Below, one piece after another: positions 27,644 through 37,649 of a stretch of 64,000 nucleotides of DNA. Source of the DNA: Patescibacteria group bacterium (GTDB taxonomy: Bacteria > Patescibacteriota > Patescibacteriia > GWA2-46-9); the NCBI GenBank assembly GCA_041660005.1, contig JBAZXG010000005.1:4064-68063 (forward strand), in the 5' to 3' direction. A program made the position numbers and the translations under genes. Numbering within the stretch: the stretch's first letter is position 1; the number at the start of each line of letters is the position of its first letter. Below the pieces are notes generated by a model that was not told the DNA's origin, did no database searches, and worked only from the letters and a program-made list of their open reading frames with translations.

Positions 27644-27883
27644 TTATGACTTTTTTACGAAAAAATACGACACCAAAAAAGTCATAACAAAAACCACCAA
27701 GTAACGACCAACTAAAAATGCACCGCAGCTAAAAAAATATTGCCAAGGATTCAAGTATTGAGCAGTGCACTCAAAAGCAATGACCCCTGTGTTTCTGAGC
27801 AGTGCGTAAACAAGACTAACGCCGAGCGCGACCCAAGCAGACGTTTTAATTGCTTTTAAATTTTCTTTAATATAATCATTCAT
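27644..27883 (-). CDS. Small two-TM membrane protein
   Basis: 79 aa, starts 2 bp after the pyrG stop. Confidence 0.65.
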   Translation of the reverse strand: MNDYIKENLKAIKTSAWVALGVSLVYALLRNTGVIAFECTAQYLNPWQYFFSCGAFLVGRYLVVFVMTFLVSYFFVKKS

Positions 27884-27885
27884 GG

Positions 27886-29535
27886 CTACCTCTTTGTTGC
27901 CACTTTCGATTTTTTAAACCGGCACTTGTCAGCGGCCTCAATGAATGCGGCGAAAAGTGGATTTGGCGCAACAGGGCGTGAGGTAAACTCCGGGTGAAAC
28001 TGAACACCAACAAAAAAAGGATGCTTGATGAGCTCAATAATTTCCACAAGTTTGTTATCCGGAGAAACACCTGCCATTCTCATACCCTTCTTTTCGAATA
28101 GTTCTCTATACTTGTTATTAAATTCGTAGCGATGACGGTGGCGCTCCGTGATATTTCGTTTGCCATACGCCTTCCTGCTAATCGAGTCCGAGGCCAGCAC
28201 AGCTGGGTACGCGCCGAGTCTCATGGTCGCTCCATAATTTTTTTGCTTCAGCTTTTCGACCTGTTCAAGCATAACGTGAATGACGTTGTTCTTAGAATTT
28301 GTACCAGCTTCCTCCGTATTTGCATCGTTTAACTTACAAATATTTCTGGCAAATTCAATTGCCGCCAGTTGCATACCCAAACAAAGCCCAAAGAAAGGTA
28401 TGTTATGCTCGCGGACGTACTCTATGGCTCGAATCTTACCCTCTAAACCTCTCGTACCAAAGCCACCTGGGACAATCACCCCATCAAACTCATCCAGCTC
28501 TTTTAATTTACGTTTGTCATGCTCATAGCTCTCAGCGTTTAACCACGTAATTTCGGGCTTCCTATTGGCCTGCCAGGCGGCGTGGCGAATGGCTTCAATG
28601 ACTGAAATATAAGAGTCAGACAAGGTGAAATCACCCGTCCCGAAATACTTACCAACAATACCAATTTTTACAGGCGTCTTGGCTCGTTTAATCTTACTCA
28701 CAAGCTCCTTCCACTCTTTCATGTCTCTGGTTCGAGATTTCAAGCTTAACGCTTCAAGTAATTTATCGCTCAATTTTTCCCGTTCATAAATGACTGGTAT
28801 ATCGTAGATAGACTCCACATCTGGAGCTGAAATAGCATTACCTTCTTTGATGCCACAAAATATGGCCAGTCTTTTCCGGCGCGGTTCATCAATGGGCTTT
28901 TCGGCTCGACACAAAATAAAATCGGGTTGCAGTCCGGCAGAGTTTAGTGATCGCGAAGCATACTGTGTCGGCTTTGTTTTCATCTCTCCAATTGATCGCG
29001 GTATCGGCAAGTAACTAACGAGTACCAAAGCAATATCTTTTGGATATTTCAACTTCATCATACGGATTGCCTCGAGGAACAAAATATTTTGATACTCCCC
29101 TACTGTTCCGCCAATTTCTATGATGGTAATATCGGCCTTGTTCTTTTTACCGGCAACTTGAATGCGCCGAATAATTTCGTTAGGAATATCAGGAACAACT
29201 TCAACGTCCTCTCCGGCATAGCCGAGGTTGCGCTCTTTTTCAATGACCGTTTTATAAACTTGACCCGTAGTAATGTAATTGTCTCTCGTGCTCGTTACAC
29301 CCGTAAACCGCTCGTAATTCCCTAAATCCTGATCTGCCTCAATACCATCTTCACCAACGAATACTTCTCCGTGCTCAGTTGGCCGGATAGTCCCTGCGTC
29401 AATGTTGATATACATGTCGCATTTAACAAGGGATACTTTATATCCCCGACCTTGAAGAATGCGGCCAATAGACGCGGTTGATACGCCCTTACCAACACTC
29501 GACATAACCCCGCCGACCACGAATATGTATTTCAT
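27886..29535 (-). CDS. pyrG: CTP synthase
   Basis: GGVMSSVGKG, KTKPTQ, PGGFG, GLCLGMQ, ERHRHRYE, QFHPEF. Confidence 0.99.
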   Translation of the reverse strand: MKYIFVVGGVMSSVGKGVSTASIGRILQGRGYKVSLVKCDMYINIDAGTIRPTEHGEVFVGEDGIEADQDLGNYERFTGVTSTRDNYITTGQVYKTVIEKERNLGYAGEDVEVVPDIPNEIIRRIQVAGKKNKADITIIEIGGTVGEYQNILFLEAIRMMKLKYPKDIALVLVSYLPIPRSIGEMKTKPTQYASRSLNSAGLQPDFILCRAEKPIDEPRRKRLAIFCGIKEGNAISAPDVESIYDIPVIYEREKLSDKLLEALSLKSRTRDMKEWKELVSKIKRAKTPVKIGIVGKYFGTGDFTLSDSYISVIEAIRHAAWQANRKPEITWLNAESYEHDKRKLKELDEFDGVIVPGGFGTRGLEGKIRAIEYVREHNIPFFGLCLGMQLAAIEFARNICKLNDANTEEAGTNSKNNVIHVMLEQVEKLKQKNYGATMRLGAYPAVLASDSISRKAYGKRNITERHRHRYEFNNKYRELFEKKGMRMAGVSPDNKLVEIIELIKHPFFVGVQFHPEFTSRPVAPNPLFAAFIEAADKCRFKKSKVATKR

Positions 29536-29538
29536 AAA

Positions 29539-29985
29539 TTATCTTTCCTCTAGTATAGAAAGAGATATGACTGCCTGTCCACTATGCGGCACTGAAATAG
29601 TCACCTTATGCTTTCCTACTGTTTTTATTGGCTCGAGTAATTGCACTGCTGTTTCCGGAACGATAAACTTCTTTTTTTCAAGTAGCGCGACAATATCAGT
29701 TGCATGCAAGGCAGAAAACAAACGACCCTGTTCGCTACTTTTTTTTGATGTAGTAAACTCTTTCCCTTGAAGACGCTGGAGTACCTTTGCAAGACCCGCC
29801 TGTTTTGCTGCTGCACTACCCTCCCGCTGTTTCTTATGGGTGGCCAGATCATCGAGGCGCTGCTTTGTCGCTACTTCGGCCAACTGCCGGGGGAAAAGGA
29901 AATTCCTAGCATACCCTTCGCTCACTTCGCAGACAGTTTCCGCGTTGCCAAGCGTAGGAACAGTTCTTTTTAAAATCACTTTCAT
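29539..29985 (-). CDS. rplI: 50S ribosomal protein L9
   Basis: MKVIL...LG...VSEGYARNFLFP. Confidence 0.96.
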   Translation of the reverse strand: MKVILKRTVPTLGNAETVCEVSEGYARNFLFPRQLAEVATKQRLDDLATHKKQREGSAAAKQAGLAKVLQRLQGKEFTTSKKSSEQGRLFSALHATDIVALLEKKKFIVPETAVQLLEPIKTVGKHKVTISVPHSGQAVISLSILEER

Positions 29986-31256
29986 GGCTTCTTACTCAGG
30001 AGCTCTAACGCCCGCTCGAGGACAGCATCAGAGTCCTTGGGGGCAGATTCAGCTACTTTTACTAGAACATCTGGAGCAATCCCGCCATCTGCTATAGATC
30101 GCCCCTTAGGCGTCAACCATTTAGCAACGGTTATTTTCACCGCCGACCCGTCGCTTAGTTGCCGTAGCTCCTGCACAGAACCCTTACCAAAGGTATTTTC
30201 ACCAATGAGCGTCGCCAGTTGATCATCCTGCAGTGCACCAGCAACAATCTCAGCGGCACTTGCACTGCCACCATTAACGATAACAATCGTCGGCTTACCG
30301 TTTAATTTTGCCACACCTTGGTGCTGGTGTTCGTTCGTTGCTCCGCCTTTAAATTGTTCAATGACAATCGGGCCGTCATTCACCCAGTAACTTGCAATAT
30401 CAACTGCGCTATCCAAAAAACCGCCCGGGTTGTTTCGTAAGTCAAGAATAATACCCTTAGGGTCACTCGCGAGCATGGTGTCTACCGCCTTACTAAAATT
30501 TTTCGTCGTATCTTCATTAAAATGTGTGACATTGATATAGGCAATGTTCTTCGGTCCTTTTGTGGTCGCAGAAATGAGTTTACTCTCAACAGAAGCAATG
30601 GTAATGGTGTCTCGAGTTACTGAAACGTCAAAAACGCGATGCTCGCCGTTAACGCGTTCTAAACGCAGTGCTACCTGAGTACCGCGCCGTCCGCGAATAC
30701 GAGAAACGGCCTCTACTAAACTCATGCCCGTGGTATCGGTGTTGTCTATGGCTCGAATGATATCGCCCGTTTTTATATCTGCTTTGTCAGCTGGTGTATT
30801 GGCCAATGGCGCAATCACCACGAGTTGGTCTTTCTTAACGCCGATTTCCATGCCAATCCCCTCAAAGCTACCGGAAAGTTCAGACGAAAAATCAGCGGCA
30901 GTTTTTGGATCAAGAAAAACTGTGTACGGATCTCCAACGCCTGCCACTAGTCCGGTAAGTGCGCCATAAAATAATTTGGTATCAGAGAGAGGTCGCGAAA
31001 CATAATTGTTCTGCAACAAATCCCATATCTGCCAAAAAAGAGAAAAATCAACATCGTTTGAAAGATAGGCGGGCGAGGGTGTTGTTTTTCCAGACAGCGA
31101 TCCGCTCCCTAATGCCTCTTGTGCACCTTTCGCTTTACCACTTTTATAACCTGCGGAAAAAAAAGCTACCAAGAGAACCAGGACTCCCAGGACCGCAAAA
31201 AACTTCCTACGTGAGGAAGTGGAGTTGTTGTGCAACGTCGCGAGAAGTTCAGGCAT
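29982..31256 (-). CDS. ctpA: Carboxyl-terminal processing protease (S41A) with PDZ domain
   Basis: DPYT, GIG, LDLRNNPGG, SASAAEI, TFGKG; start corrected to ATG 31256 (TGcTACTAT lies 6 nt upstream). Confidence 0.93.
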   Translation of the reverse strand: MPELLATLHNNSTSSRRKFFAVLGVLVLLVAFFSAGYKSGKAKGAQEALGSGSLSGKTTPSPAYLSNDVDFSLFWQIWDLLQNNYVSRPLSDTKLFYGALTGLVAGVGDPYTVFLDPKTAADFSSELSGSFEGIGMEIGVKKDQLVVIAPLANTPADKADIKTGDIIRAIDNTDTTGMSLVEAVSRIRGRRGTQVALRLERVNGEHRVFDVSVTRDTITIASVESKLISATTKGPKNIAYINVTHFNEDTTKNFSKAVDTMLASDPKGIILDLRNNPGGFLDSAVDIASYWVNDGPIVIEQFKGGATNEHQHQGVAKLNGKPTIVIVNGGSASAAEIVAGALQDDQLATLIGENTFGKGSVQELRQLSDGSAVKITVAKWLTPKGRSIADGGIAPDVLVKVAESAPKDSDAVLERALELLSKKP

Positions 31257-31346
31257 AGGTGAATAGTAGCAGACGGTAAGAGCCTGCGTCAAAGCGGGTT
31301 GCCGGTACTGCCTCTTTTCTGCTACGATGCACGCAACAGAACCATT

Positions 31347-32603
31347 ATGCACCAACAATTTCGCATTTTAGGGGGTCAAGAACTCAGTGGCAGTATTGCT
31401 GTGCAGGGAGCCAAAAATTCTGGCCTAAAGATTATGGCCGCCGCACTACTCTCTGATGACCCCTGTACGATAACCAACTTGCCGGCAATTGAGGACATTG
31501 AGCGCATGAAAGAACTATTGATATCAGTCGGCGCAAAAATAAGTAGCGAGTCCGATGGATTTCGCATTGCAGCAGCAGGTAACCTTCTCTCAACACTACA
31601 ACCGGAGTTAGCTGGAAAACTTCGCGCTTCGGCAATTCTTGCCGGTCCTCTGCTTGCCCGCACTGGCGAAGTTTTTTTACCTTTTCCTGGCGGTTGCAAT
31701 TTGGGTGAGCGACCTATTGATATTTTTCTTGATGCATTCAAAGCGCTCGGTGCTGAAGAAGAAGCTTCAGACAACGGCGTTCGCATTACCGCACCCCACG
31801 GCCTCAAAGGCGCAAACATACTTCTCCCACGCGTTAGTGTAACCGTTACTGAAACGGCAATGATGACTGCTGCTCTAGCCACAGGAACAACGGTTATCAA
31901 AAATGCCGCCATGGAACCAGAGATTCCCGCGCTTGCCGAATATCTCACTACTCACGGCGCTTCAATTACCGGAGCCGGGACGAGCACGATTACGATTCAT
32001 GGAGTAAAGAAAATTGGTGGCGGAGTTGTGACTTTGATTCCTGACCGCATTGAGGCGGGCACGTTTGTCATGATGGGCCTACTCACAAATAGTGAAATTA
32101 CCGTGACCAACGTACAGCCCGAACATTTGGAAAATTTGTGGTTACAACTTGAACGCGCGGGAGCCGAGTTCACTATTCACGACAACAGCGTCAGCACAAA
32201 GCACCATCGCGGGCTTGTCGCCAAAGATATAACGACGCATGAATATCCTGGTTTTGCCACGGACCTACAAGCGCCCTACACCGTACTCATGACGCAAGCA
32301 AAGGGACTATCGCTTATTCATGAGACTATTTTTTCTGGAAGACTTTTTTATACAGATTTGCTGCGCTCCATGGGCGCGAATGTCATTATGTGCGACCCGC
32401 ATCGCGTTATTATTAATGGACCAACAAAACTACGGGGCAGATTTTTGACGAGCCCCGACATCCGCGCTGGTATAGCTCTTATTCTAGCGGGGCTCGCGGC
32501 AAATGGCGAAACAAAGATTGACAATGTTTACCAGATTGATCGGGGCTATCAAAATATTGTAGAACGTTTACAAAAGTTGGGAGCAAACATTACCCGAGAA
32601 TAA
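31347..32603 (+). CDS. murA: UDP-N-acetylglucosamine 1-carboxyvinyltransferase
   Basis: GAKNS, PGGCNLGERP, PDRIEAGT, YPGFATDLQ, DIRAG, IDRGY. Confidence 0.98.
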   Translation: MHQQFRILGGQELSGSIAVQGAKNSGLKIMAAALLSDDPCTITNLPAIEDIERMKELLISVGAKISSESDGFRIAAAGNLLSTLQPELAGKLRASAILAGPLLARTGEVFLPFPGGCNLGERPIDIFLDAFKALGAEEEASDNGVRITAPHGLKGANILLPRVSVTVTETAMMTAALATGTTVIKNAAMEPEIPALAEYLTTHGASITGAGTSTITIHGVKKIGGGVVTLIPDRIEAGTFVMMGLLTNSEITVTNVQPEHLENLWLQLERAGAEFTIHDNSVSTKHHRGLVAKDITTHEYPGFATDLQAPYTVLMTQAKGLSLIHETIFSGRLFYTDLLRSMGANVIMCDPHRVIINGPTKLRGRFLTSPDIRAGIALILAGLAANGETKIDNVYQIDRGYQNIVERLQKLGANITRE

Positions 32604-32616
32604 AAAGTTGGTTACT

Positions 32617-33984
32617 ATGAACTTTACTGTGCGTCGAAGGATTTTTTGGTCTTTCATCATTTCTTTTTTTGTATTGTCGCCATTCATTATTCTGTATACA
32701 GCCGGCTATCGTTTAGCGAAAAACGAATTTGGCGTTGTTAAAACGGGAACAATCATCATCTCCACTGACCCGCGTCAAGCTTCGATTAGTATCAATGGAA
32801 AGGATACCAGCAAGACAACTCCGACTTTGCTTAGAGGTTTACAACCAGGTCGTTATGATATTGGTTTAACGAAGGTCGGCTACCTACCATGGAGTAAACG
32901 CCTCGACGTTACGGCTGACCAAGCCACTTTTGCAAGTAATATCCGTCTCTTTAAAAGCGCAGCGCCACTGCTGCGCCTTAAAGGAAACTCCATCGCAATG
33001 TGGTCAAAGGCAAATGGAACGCAGACGTTGATCATAGAGAACGATAACAGCGACCCGCACATTTATCACTTGTCTTTACTGCCTCGTATCCCTTCCTCAC
33101 CCCTTGTGCCTATTGCTACTGTCAACGGCTCGTCTGTTACACCAATCGACTGGTCACCAGACGAAACGAAAATTATTCTGCAAGTTGACCAGAGTTGGAT
33201 GATTGTCAATTTAGCAACATTACAAAGTTCGTCGCTCAAAACAACCGACGTTCCTGAAGGTACTTTTACATTACGCTTTTCCCAAAATAACTCCCTTTAC
33301 GCGGCGACCCATAAACAACTTTTTTTACTAGAAAAGGGAACAAATAGTTACGATCCAAAGCCAGAGAGAAATCCCATTAGTGCCCTAGGAAAAAATGCGC
33401 ACATTACTGACTTCTGGATAGACGCGGATCGGATATACGAGGCTATCTCGCTTGATGCTTCCAAGTCAGTGCTCCGAATTTCAAAAAATAGTTCGCTAAA
33501 CACAGAAATGACCACCCTACCAGATAGTGGTGACTACCACTATCTGGCGAGTGACAGCAATACGCTTATCCTTGAACACCAAGGAGATTTAAGTCTATAC
33601 AATATAACCTCTGAGACACCGTCGCTCCTTAAAACCATATCCAGCGCAAACACTGCGGTCATTGGAGACAATGGTGAAATTCTTTATAGTAATGGCTTTG
33701 AACTGCAACGGTATGCCCCTCTAACAAACACCAGTACCTTATTGCTGCGCTCAGCGCAGTCAATCAAAAAATTGGCTTGGCTGGCTGACAGCCGCCATGT
33801 GCTTTTTGCGTCTGACCAAGGGATATCAGTTGTCGACACACAACGTCCGGAGCCTTACACCACTTGGATGATAAGCCCACTATTGAGTCTCCAAAATTAT
33901 GCTACGACGACAGATGCGACTGCTCTTTATTTCGCAGGTACATTACCAGATGGAACGGCAGGATTGTTTGAGCAGCCATTATAG
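32617..33984 (+). CDS. PEGA domain protein with probable beta-propeller
   Basis: TM helix plus YTAGYR, TP...LQPGRY...K.GY.PW.K; WSPD-type repeats. Confidence 0.8.
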   Translation: MNFTVRRRIFWSFIISFFVLSPFIILYTAGYRLAKNEFGVVKTGTIIISTDPRQASISINGKDTSKTTPTLLRGLQPGRYDIGLTKVGYLPWSKRLDVTADQATFASNIRLFKSAAPLLRLKGNSIAMWSKANGTQTLIIENDNSDPHIYHLSLLPRIPSSPLVPIATVNGSSVTPIDWSPDETKIILQVDQSWMIVNLATLQSSSLKTTDVPEGTFTLRFSQNNSLYAATHKQLFLLEKGTNSYDPKPERNPISALGKNAHITDFWIDADRIYEAISLDASKSVLRISKNSSLNTEMTTLPDSGDYHYLASDSNTLILEHQGDLSLYNITSETPSLLKTISSANTAVIGDNGEILYSNGFELQRYAPLTNTSTLLLRSAQSIKKLAWLADSRHVLFASDQGISVVDTQRPEPYTTWMISPLLSLQNYATTTDATALYFAGTLPDGTAGLFEQPL

Positions 33985-33990
33985 TATTGC

Positions 33991-34158
33991 TTATTGCCGA
34001 GGATAGCGAGTGAAGTGCGCATAGCAATATGCATTTCCGAGCGACGCAGGTATCAAAGGGTTTAATACCCCGCGTGGCTATGCCACGCTAACTCTCTCAC
34101 TCCACCAACTAGCGGGTTGAGGAGTCCAGGGCTTTGCCCTGGGGTTAATACCATTTAT
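33991..34158 (+). mobile_element. Dispersed structured repeat, copy B
   Basis: TTATTGCCGAGGATAGCGAG...GGGGTTAATACCATTTAT; nearly identical to 46370-46536. Confidence 0.75.
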
Positions 34159-34212
34159 TGCCAAGGATTGCGAATTGAGAACTATTTAAAACTTTGCCCT
34201 GGGATTAATACC
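34155..34212 (+). repeat. Internally deleted tandem remnant of the same repeat (B')
   Basis: TTATTGCCAAGGAT...CTTTGCCCTGGGATTAATACC; shares its TTAT with the end of copy B. Confidence 0.65.
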
Positions 34213-34214
34213 CT

Positions 34215-36059
34215 CTACTCAACGACAACAGGCGCTGCTTCGTTTGTTACGCTCGTTATCGCGCTATTCATTTTTTTTGCTTCCAGAGTGTCCGATCCGA
34301 CGAGCCAACGCTCCGGCCAAGGACGGTAGTAGCTCTTGAATTCTTGATTTATAACGTGTCCGTCGCCATACGTCACCGTATATTTTGCAATTGCGGACCC
34401 TCCAGGATGCGCATGTTCAAGCAATTTTTTTTCATTAGCGCCAATGGTGTCCGATTCAACATAAATTGGGTCCCCGGATGGAATGCTACTCAGTGTATGT
34501 GGTCCGTCCACAACTGACTGGCGGCCATCTTTTGTACCATAGAGATCGAAGGTTATAAGTAGTCCTTCAACTCGACCAACAATCAAAAGAGAATTGGCGG
34601 TGTCGTTACGGAACCGAAGGTCGGGACGCGGTGAGTAAATCGTGGCGTCTAAACCAGGGCCGATACGCACACCGTTGCCATCCTTTTCATAGTAACTAAC
34701 TCTATAGGAATGATTTTGCCTGGCCGTTATGGGCAAACCCGCGTTTAAAAGCGAACGAAATAAAGTGGTTGACACCTGACACAACCCCCCACCAAACTCA
34801 GGCACCGTTCTGTCTCCTTTGATGACGAGTTCGGGTAAATACCCAGTTGTATTGTCTATACTCCCTAACGATTGTAAGGTTGAAAATTCTTCACCCGGCT
34901 TGACAAGTAAGCCCGACAAAAACCGAGTACCGTTTTTAATGTTTGCGATGCGATTTTTTGGACTACCGGAGAAACTCGTGGTTGCAGTTCCAATCAACTC
35001 TCGGATGCCAAGGTCAGCAGCAGAGCCATCTATGACTGGCTCTCGCACTGAGACAGGCAAAGACAGCTCACTCACTTCCTCCTGACCTTGCAATCGTACC
35101 TGTAATGCCTGGGTGAGTAGTAGAATGGTATCCTCCTCTTGCAATGTTCGTCCTGGCTGGGGTGCAGAAAACGAAACCACCTGATTTTCGTTGACTACAA
35201 CTTGCAAATTCTTTGCTGTGGTGTTCATTTTATCCGCGAGGTCAGCAACAAACTTACTTAACGCTACGGTATCGAAATGAACCGTCAGCTTATTACCTTC
35301 AGATGCAGATGCAACAAAACTGCCGAGTTCTTCACGCGTTACTGTATAGCGATTACCCTGGTAAACAAGAACAAGCGGCTTACCAATAACGCGCTTAACA
35401 GCATTAACCGCATCCGCCACTGTTCCGGGGTCAATACTCGGCTGTGTTGAAATTTTTTCTACAACGAGCGGCTGAAACTCTAGTTCAGCAGCTGAAGCCA
35501 GCAGATCATTACGCAATTTCTGCTGATCTATAATGAGGCCCGGTTTCGTATCCTTCAGTACGTTAACGTTCGTACCGTTAATTGACAAACGAATATCACG
35601 ACCAGGTTCGTCGTAAAGGGTAGCAATATCAGCAATCTCGCTCGTTAGCGCCACTTCATCAATACTAAGCGGAGCGGCTAATCGGGTACCTACAAAAAAG
35701 TTTTTCGAAGATTCGTTGATTCGGTGTAGTATGTCCCCTCTACGGCCAACACTCATCGCCTGCTTAACCGCCGCCGACCCGTCAATATTCAAACCAAACT
35801 GCTGCAAATGAATAACTTGGGTTTCGCTGTCAAATTTTAATGGTATGCCAACATCGTGAAGAGCTCTCAACCTCGCGCTAACTTTTGCTTCAGCCACAGT
35901 TGCCGAAAGCCCACCAACGTCGACGTTGCCTACAGAGACATTGGGTAAAACATGACCTGCATAGGCAACTCTATACAGAATCACGACTGCAGTAAGCGCA
36001 ATAAAGAGCGCCGCAGTGAGCAAAGCTAATTTTCTACCGATTGTTGTTAGTATCGCCAT
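34215..36059 (-). CDS. VanW family protein with putative peptidoglycan-binding repeats
   Basis: N-terminal TM helix; GGGLCQVSTT, NHSY, GLDATIY, DLRFRNDT. Confidence 0.9.
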   Translation of the reverse strand: MAILTTIGRKLALLTAALFIALTAVVILYRVAYAGHVLPNVSVGNVDVGGLSATVAEAKVSARLRALHDVGIPLKFDSETQVIHLQQFGLNIDGSAAVKQAMSVGRRGDILHRINESSKNFFVGTRLAAPLSIDEVALTSEIADIATLYDEPGRDIRLSINGTNVNVLKDTKPGLIIDQQKLRNDLLASAAELEFQPLVVEKISTQPSIDPGTVADAVNAVKRVIGKPLVLVYQGNRYTVTREELGSFVASASEGNKLTVHFDTVALSKFVADLADKMNTTAKNLQVVVNENQVVSFSAPQPGRTLQEEDTILLLTQALQVRLQGQEEVSELSLPVSVREPVIDGSAADLGIRELIGTATTSFSGSPKNRIANIKNGTRFLSGLLVKPGEEFSTLQSLGSIDNTTGYLPELVIKGDRTVPEFGGGLCQVSTTLFRSLLNAGLPITARQNHSYRVSYYEKDGNGVRIGPGLDATIYSPRPDLRFRNDTANSLLIVGRVEGLLITFDLYGTKDGRQSVVDGPHTLSSIPSGDPIYVESDTIGANEKKLLEHAHPGGSAIAKYTVTYGDGHVINQEFKSYYRPWPERWLVGSDTLEAKKMNSAITSVTNEAAPVVVE

Positions 36060-36091
36060 GGACGGCTTCGAACCTACCGCCCGCCACTCTG

Positions 36092-36868
36092 TTACTTTTG
36101 ACCGGCGGCTTTTGCTGAATCAATAATTGTTTGCAATTGCGCCAAAGGAACTGCCCCGTTAACTGGAGTATTCTGACCATTAGCAATGATTACCGAATAG
36201 GGCGTTCCACTACCTCCAGCAGCAACCGCTTCATCGTACTGACTCTGAACCTTCTGAGTATAGCGACCGCTTGCCAGACAGTCATTGAAAGCCTTTTCGT
36301 TTAAACCAACAGCTGTAGCTATTTTTGGAAGTTCTGTCTCCGGTAATGAATTATTCGAACCAGTGCGGTTGAACATCTCGTCGAGATATGCCCAAAATTT
36401 ATCGTTACCACCAAGCTCACCCGCACATTCAGTTGCTTCCGCTTCATGTGGTGCCTTGCTGTGGAGAGAGGCTAAAGGAAAGTGCCGGTACACCCAGGCC
36501 ATAGTACCCTTATTGTTTTGGTATAATTGCTCCATGGTTGCATGGAACTGCTTACAGAACGGGCACTCAGTATCAGAATACTCAACGACGACAATGGACG
36601 CATTCACGTCGCCTCGAATGTGATCTTTATCCGTAACCGCAGCAACACTAACAGGCGCTGCTGGATTCGCTGCTGCATCTGTCGGCTGATCGACAACCGC
36701 ATTCTTCTGCGCACTCGGTGCAAAGACTGCTGACTTCGGAAATGTCTTTCCGTTGACAAATTGGCTGAGTAAAACAATGAAACCGACGGTACAAACCGCC
36801 ATAATGCCTCCAACCACTCCTGCAATGAACGCCGTCTTGGGGTTCATGTTCTTAAAAAATTCATTCAT
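36092..36868 (-). CDS. DsbA/BdbD-family thiol-disulfide oxidoreductase
   Basis: EYSDTECPFC, YRHFPL, GTP; N-terminal TM helix. Confidence 0.93.
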   Translation of the reverse strand: MNEFFKNMNPKTAFIAGVVGGIMAVCTVGFIVLLSQFVNGKTFPKSAVFAPSAQKNAVVDQPTDAAANPAAPVSVAAVTDKDHIRGDVNASIVVVEYSDTECPFCKQFHATMEQLYQNNKGTMAWVYRHFPLASLHSKAPHEAEATECAGELGGNDKFWAYLDEMFNRTGSNNSLPETELPKIATAVGLNEKAFNDCLASGRYTQKVQSQYDEAVAAGGSGTPYSVIIANGQNTPVNGAVPLAQLQTIIDSAKAAGQK

Positions 36869-36914
36869 AATAATAATTAATTAACTTCGCACTAGTATAG
36901 CACGCTTCTAATGA

Positions 36915-37649
36915 TTATACAGAAAATCCTTTACTATGACTAGCGAGAAGCACATTTGCACGCAGCAACGAATCAAAGGTACCGGCATCGGTCCACTCAC
37001 CGCGCACAACTTCAAAGGTCATCGTACTATTCTTTATGTAGGCATTATTGACATCTGTAATCTCCAGCTCTCCGCGACCCGATGGCTCAAGCGTCTCAAT
37101 GACTTCAAAAACATTTTTATCGTAAAAGTAGAGACCGGTAACTGCTAAATTACTTTTGGGAACGCGGGGTTTTTCCTCAATGCCGACGATCCTGTCTCCT
37201 GAAACTTCGGCAACGCCAAAACGCGGCGCATCGGTTACTTCTTTCAACATAACTTTCGCCCCTGCCGTTTGATGTTTAAAATCCTGTGCTGCTTTATGAA
37301 TCTGCGTGAGATCGGTAAAAATGTTGTCCCCTAAAATAACCATGATCTTGCCGCTGTCAGAGAAATCTTTCGCTAAACCAAGAGCCTCAGCAATACCGCC
37401 CGGTTCTTCCTGGACTTCGTAAGAGAGCCGCACCTTAAACTCCCGCCCGGAACCAAGCAGGTTCAAAAAATGGCCAGCATGCTCTGGCCCTGAAACAATC
37501 AAGATATCCTTGACGCCTGCCGCAGCCAACGTTTGCAGAGGAAAATAAATCATCGGCCGATCAAAAACGGGCAGAAGATGTTTGTTGGTAACTTTTGTGA
37601 GCGGGAAGAGCCGGCTGCCGGTTCCACCAGCAAGTATGACGCCTTTCAT
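36915..37649 (-). CDS. rfbA: Glucose-1-phosphate thymidylyltransferase (short form)
   Basis: GVILAGGTGSRLFPLT...NKHLLPV, EEKP, RGELEITD, WTDAGT. Confidence 0.93.
   Translation of the reverse strand: MKGVILAGGTGSRLFPLTKVTNKHLLPVFDRPMIYFPLQTLAAAGVKDILIVSGPEHAGHFLNLLGSGREFKVRLSYEVQEEPGGIAEALGLAKDFSDSGKIMVILGDNIFTDLTQIHKAAQDFKHQTAGAKVMLKEVTDAPRFGVAEVSGDRIVGIEEKPRVPKSNLAVTGLYFYDKNVFEVIETLEPSGRGELEITDVNNAYIKNSTMTFEVVRGEWTDAGTFDSLLRANVLLASHSKGFSV

Noticed and set aside
36055-36091. tRNA-like GGTTCGAAGCC on the minus strand
   Set aside because: The gap is only about 30 bp and has no D arm, anticodon arm or acceptor stem
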